Of a stretch of 64,000 nucleotides of DNA, positions 59,236 to 64,000 are shown in pieces. The stretch is from positions 136,710,001 through 136,774,000 of the forward strand of contig OZ024742.1 in the NCBI GenBank assembly GCA_964016885.1. Direction: 5' to 3'. Below the pieces are notes generated by a model. That model made no database searches and had not been told where the DNA came from. It worked only from the letters and a program-made list of their open reading frames with translations. A program made the translations under genes and the position numbers. The stretch comes from Eledone cirrhosa (lineage: Eukaryota). Numbering within the stretch: the stretch's first letter is position 1; the number at the start of each line of letters is the position of its first letter.

Positions 59236-59768
59236 ACATATTCATATCGCCATTGCATTGAACCTCTTCAGTTATTGGAGGTGGAAATGTTTACATCCTA
59301 TATATATAGATCCTGTGATAGATTTCAAGAAATATTCCACAATACATTTTGATTGATTGAGTGATTGATGAATTAAATGGTTTCAGTAATCGATTCAGCA
59401 TTCTACTGTAGCTTGAGATTTAATAAATTAAAAATGAAACAAACCTAAACCTAGAATTTGTGATCATGAACGAAATATTTTTTTTCTTTATATAATCTTA
59501 CTGGAGGGTTAAACTTTAATCAGTATATAAAAAATAGTCTAGCATGTTGTATGCAGATTTAATAAAAGAAGATTCTCTCTTTCTCTCTCTCTCTCTCTTT
59601 TTCTCACCTGCTTTTCGGACTAAGGCCTTGTTGTTCAACAAATTTCAAACAAATAAAAAGAAAAGAAAAATTGAAAAATACCAGGGTCAACATAAAATGA
59701 AAAATCATATGTACACACAATTCAACACCCACTCTCCAGAAATTATATATATATATAATATATATATA

Positions 59769-59836
<68 letters not shown>

Positions 59837-60028
59837 TAACACAGAGATTGACATTCACATATACATTTACTATTCTACAATGAGATACAGACTCAAAAAA
59901 AAAAAAACCAAAAAACATACTTGCCATGTCATTTTTTTTAAATTGCAGCTGGACCAAACAACATTTTATTAGTTATGCATTTTTTATTAATAATTTTGGA
60001 GTGTGTTTCATTATAATTATTATCCTTG

Positions 60029-60029
60029 A

Positions 60030-60074
<45 letters not shown>

Positions 60075-60098
60075 TATTATTATTATTATTATTATTAT
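60029..60098. repeat. (ATT)n microsatellite
   Basis: Directly visible. Confidence 0.95.
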
Positions 60099-60891
60099 GA
60101 TTTCCCCTACATATGTAGAAATATACACATGAACATACGTATGCAAGCACACACATTCACACAATGATATACTTACACACATTGATTGACACACAGAGAC
60201 AGACTGGAGGTCATTATGAAAAAGAAAAATGTCAATAAAGGACAAAAGAATCCCTCATGTAACCAATCTTTTTCCATTTTGATTTTGTAGAATATGAAAA
60301 TAAATTAACAAGAACATAAAAAAAATCATCTTTATTATTTTTATTATTACTATTATTGGTATTGCTGTTACATGGTTTTGATGTGGTTGGTATATGTATG
60401 CTTCCAAGCAGATAAACTCTATGATGTAAGATGAGAAGCATTTTTGTCCTTTCTCCTTCTGAGGTCTTTCCAGATAATTCATATTTTATTATTATTATTA
60501 TTTCCATTATCATTTTTATTGTGCATCATTATTGCTTTACCGAGCACAGCTCTGTGTGCCTTGGTTATGAGCTATGTAGTTTTTTCTGATATTGTTTCTA
60601 TTGTATTGATAGTACTTTTCGTAATATGTGTGCAGTGCCTAGTAGTGCTATCTTTTGTATGCTGTATATATTGTAAGTCCTGGGCTTTGGTTATGTAACT
60701 GTCTGTGTGTTTTTAGCATTCCTAGACCACCTATTATTATAGGTATTGTTTCTGTTTTTATTTTCCACAATCGAGTTATTTCTATCTCTAGATTTTTATA
60801 TTTAGAGAGTTTCTCTAGTTCCTTGTAAGATATATTATCATCTGTGGGGATAGATACATCTATTAGAAGGCATTATTATTATCCAATTTAT

Positions 60892-61405
60892 GGCGGTGGA
60901 TTGGCTGTATCGGTAGAGGGTCGGACGCCATGCTTTCCAGCATAGTTACGTTCTTTTATGGTCTGAGTTCAAATCCCGCCGAGGTTAACTTTGCCTTTCA
61001 TCCTTACGGGGTCGATAAAATAAAGTACCAGTAATACACTGGGATAATTGCTGGCCTTGTGCCAAAAGTAGAAACAATTACCATTACTGCTGAACTTAAC
61101 TTTACCTTTCATCCTTCTGGGTCGATAAAATAAAATACCAGTCAATTACTGGTGTCAATATAATTGACATTCCCCTTCTCCCAAATTGCTGGCCTTGTGC
61201 CGATATTAGAAAAAGCGTATTGGCAGTATCGGTAGAGGGTCGGACGCCATGCTTTCTAGCATAGTTACGTCCGTTTACGATCTGAGTTCAAATCCCGCCG
61301 AGGTTGAATTTGCCTTTCATCCTTACGGGGTCGATAAAATAAAGTACCAGTAATGCACTGGGTAATTGCTGGCCTTGTGCCTAAAGTAGAAATAATTATT
61401 ATTAT
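60892..61405 (+). mobile_element. Cluster of three same-orientation SINE family 1 copies
   Basis: 60892-61080 full short form (GGCGGTGGATTGGC start); ~61093-61213 3' half of the long form; 61220-61405 short form with ATT tail. Confidence 0.9.
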
Positions 61406-62872
61406 TAATGGTTTCAAGCAATCAATTCTGCATTATTCAAGTTGTGTGCATTATTATTATTGGAGCAGGTTATATAAGCTGCCATATGTTTGGATTTGTT
61501 TTTGCTGTTTATTGTTTTCATTTAGTTCTGCACCAATGCTTCAGTGGTTACAGTCATGACTGAATGGCTAAGTCTTGTGCTTTGCAATCATGATGTCTCA
61601 GGTTTGAAACACTGTGTGTCATCTTGTACAAGTGTCTTTTGCATAGCTTTGGTTAGACCCAAACCTTATGACTGAAATTGCATAAACAGAAACTACATAG
61701 AAGATTATCAGATGGATTGTACCAAAACTTTAAAGGCCCAGCCTAGTCACATATTGTGTCAGAGTGATTCTGCCTTGGAATTAAGTTAAAAGTATAATTC
61801 TCTGTGGAATATCCAACCACTTGAAGAATATATTATCATCAATGTATTATAAACCTTTTTATAGTATTGGGTCTTGAATGCATAGCATATTCTTATTGTA
61901 ACTTTTGTAACCATATAACAGCAAAGAAGACAACAATAAGAATAACATTAGGCTACAGAATAGATACATGGGTACCATATGGACCTTGAATTTGTGATGG
62001 AGTGGTGGGGTCATCACCATTCCATTTCAACCTAACTGAGCCATCTTTTTCAGGTAGAACATAATCAATTTCTTTTTCTAGGGAGAAATTGAGAGAGAGA
62101 TAGAGAAATAAAGAAAGAACTATTTTAATGACCTCAGAAGTTTGAAAATTGAAGTTGATCTCAGTAGCATTTGAACACAGAGTGCAGAGTGTGTGAAAGC
62201 ATATTGCAAAGCATTCTATCTAACATCTTCCAAAGCTATAAATCCACCATTTGAAAATGCCACGCCTAAGATCTATAGCAACCTAGAGAAAGTGGAAAAA
62301 CATTTGACACAATAAGTGACAGGCTAGAAGCCATTATTGTGATTATTTAAGTCACTAAGAAGCACCAACTCCAATGGTTTGATCACACCATTCACCAGAC
62401 ACAGACATCTATAGTCTACTGAGTATTTAAAAGAGATTTCCAAAGACAAAAAAAAAAAAAAAAAAAAAAAAAATTACAAAACTGCCAAAAATGTGATAAG
62501 ACAATATTCCAAAAGATCTGAAACTGCCATTGTTGATGTGTGAACGACTAGCATAGAATCTGCTCAATTGACGGCAAAGGAGAAATACTTGTGCCCAGTG
62601 CAAATCTCCATTACCAGTTCTTTTATTGAATTTAAGTTATCTGTATTGTGCTATGTATGCTGTTTTCATAATTTACCCAGACGCTGGCTGTGGTGAAGAA
62701 AAAGTAATAATTAAAGACATTCTCTTGAGAAGTATATTATTGTTTTTTTGTCTTATTAGGCAATATATATCTTGAATTAGATTATTACTCAATGTGTTTC
62801 AGAGAATCTGTCTTAATGGCCTACACAGTCTGCTTATATTGTATAAAATAATGATTGAGTTCTGATGTTAGC

Positions 62873-63060
62873 ATAAGGCCAGATGTTTTGGTAGGGAGGA
62901 GAGTACATGATTAGTCACCTAAATTATACCTTAGTACTTAAAGGTTACTTAATTTGATAGATGGCAGAAGGATGAAAGGCAAAAGTTACTTATGTAGGAT
63001 TTGAATCCCAGTAAGTAAAAAAGTGGCAGAAATACAGCAAAGCAATTTGTCTGACACCCT
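62873..63060 (-). mobile_element. Degenerate SINE family 1 copy
   Basis: + strand GCATAAGGCCAG..GAAGGATGAAAGGCAAAGTT..GGATTTGAATCCCAG. Confidence 0.55.
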
Positions 63061-64000
63061 AAAGATCCTTCTAAATTATCACCCAGATGTAGAGCTGTCC
63101 ACATATGGGTATGATCTTTTGTAGATGGCCCATGGATGCGAATCAACTTTCTCCACGTCATCAATGTTGTCCAACAGAAAGGAAAGTTCTGATATCATAG
63201 ACGAACTCAGAACGCAAAGGCCCTAAAGCGATACCAGAAGGTATCAAGTCTAATGCTCCAGTAATTATGCTATTCTACTGCCCTGAACAGGAACATTATC
63301 AAGCTTGAATAGATAAAAAGCAAAGGTGATTTCAGCGCTATTTGTATATAGGGCATAATAGAACAAATATAACACTAGCAACTCAGCCAATTCACTAACT
63401 ATAACTGATTTTGTCTCATAAGCTTTTATGTACCACTATGGTCTTTGTGTTTTTATGTTCAGCGCAGTAGTTTATGATAACAGTTGTTTGAGATAAAATC
63501 ACAATTGCATGTGAGATGATTTCATCATGCTGCGCATAGTCAGGTTCATATTGCTTGTGACTCCAACACGGCTATAGCTGTAAATCCTATGCTGAACAGT
63601 AACGCTCTTCTGTTATGATATCATTCCAGGGACCTTTGGAAGTTACCAATAATATCTAATCAGAAAACCCTCCAGAAGAAGCGACTTCGATTGTTATATT
63701 TGATGCTTAGAATCACTATCCAAACTTCATTATCCATATTTTCTAGTATCTCTCTTTAAAATACGGAGGTGGATTTCTCAACGACAATAGGGTCCATCTG
63801 GTAGAGTATATTGAACGACTGACTTTATTCCTAATGTCAGACGCACAACCTCGGTCTGCGTTTCACTCAACACTGCAACTCTTCCAAAGAGACAAGCTTC
63901 AGGAAGACATGTTACACGAAAAATGACCACCTATACCTGTTCATCGTTGATGTTACCTCCAAATCTATAATGATGTGATTGAACATCAGCAGCAAACAGC

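Noticed and set aside
63540-64000. Possible decayed LINE (YLSLKYGGG-like motif on the + strand)
   Set aside because: One weak motif among multiple stops; not enough to call.

Overview
AT-rich, microsatellite-dense animal genomic DNA. The SINE/LINE repertoire resembles, from memory, that of octopod cephalopods (inference, no search run). The only host gene I can support is the 3' end of a teneurin (Ten-m/Ten-a/TENM family) on the + strand. It has three coding exons with canonical AG/GT sites and matching phases (26823-27122, 32989-34600, 42505-43370). Together they encode the last 925 aa: YD/RHS shell, RHS core, and C-terminal Tox-GHH/TCAP region. I found no upstream exon, so positions 1-26822 are probably one intron of more than 26 kb. 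The rest is transposon debris and repeats: RTE-clade LINE fragments (two families), R4/Dong-like fragments, a Penelope-like GIY-YIG fragment, two abundant tRNA-derived SINE families, a TTAA-bounded MITE, several 100-400 bp fold-back palindromes, and kilobase (TA)n-derived arrays. Nearly all long ORFs in the ORF track are (TA)n artefacts. Best leads: (1) a Cys4-His-Cys3 PHD-type finger inserted inside the RTE reverse transcriptase; (2) this LINE and its SINE are repeatedly found in (TA)n tracts; (3) a covarying, tandemly repeated two-hairpin module in their 3' ends; (4) decayed hammerhead-ribozyme folds inside fold-back palindromes. TE boundaries are approximate unless a target-site duplication (TSD) is given.
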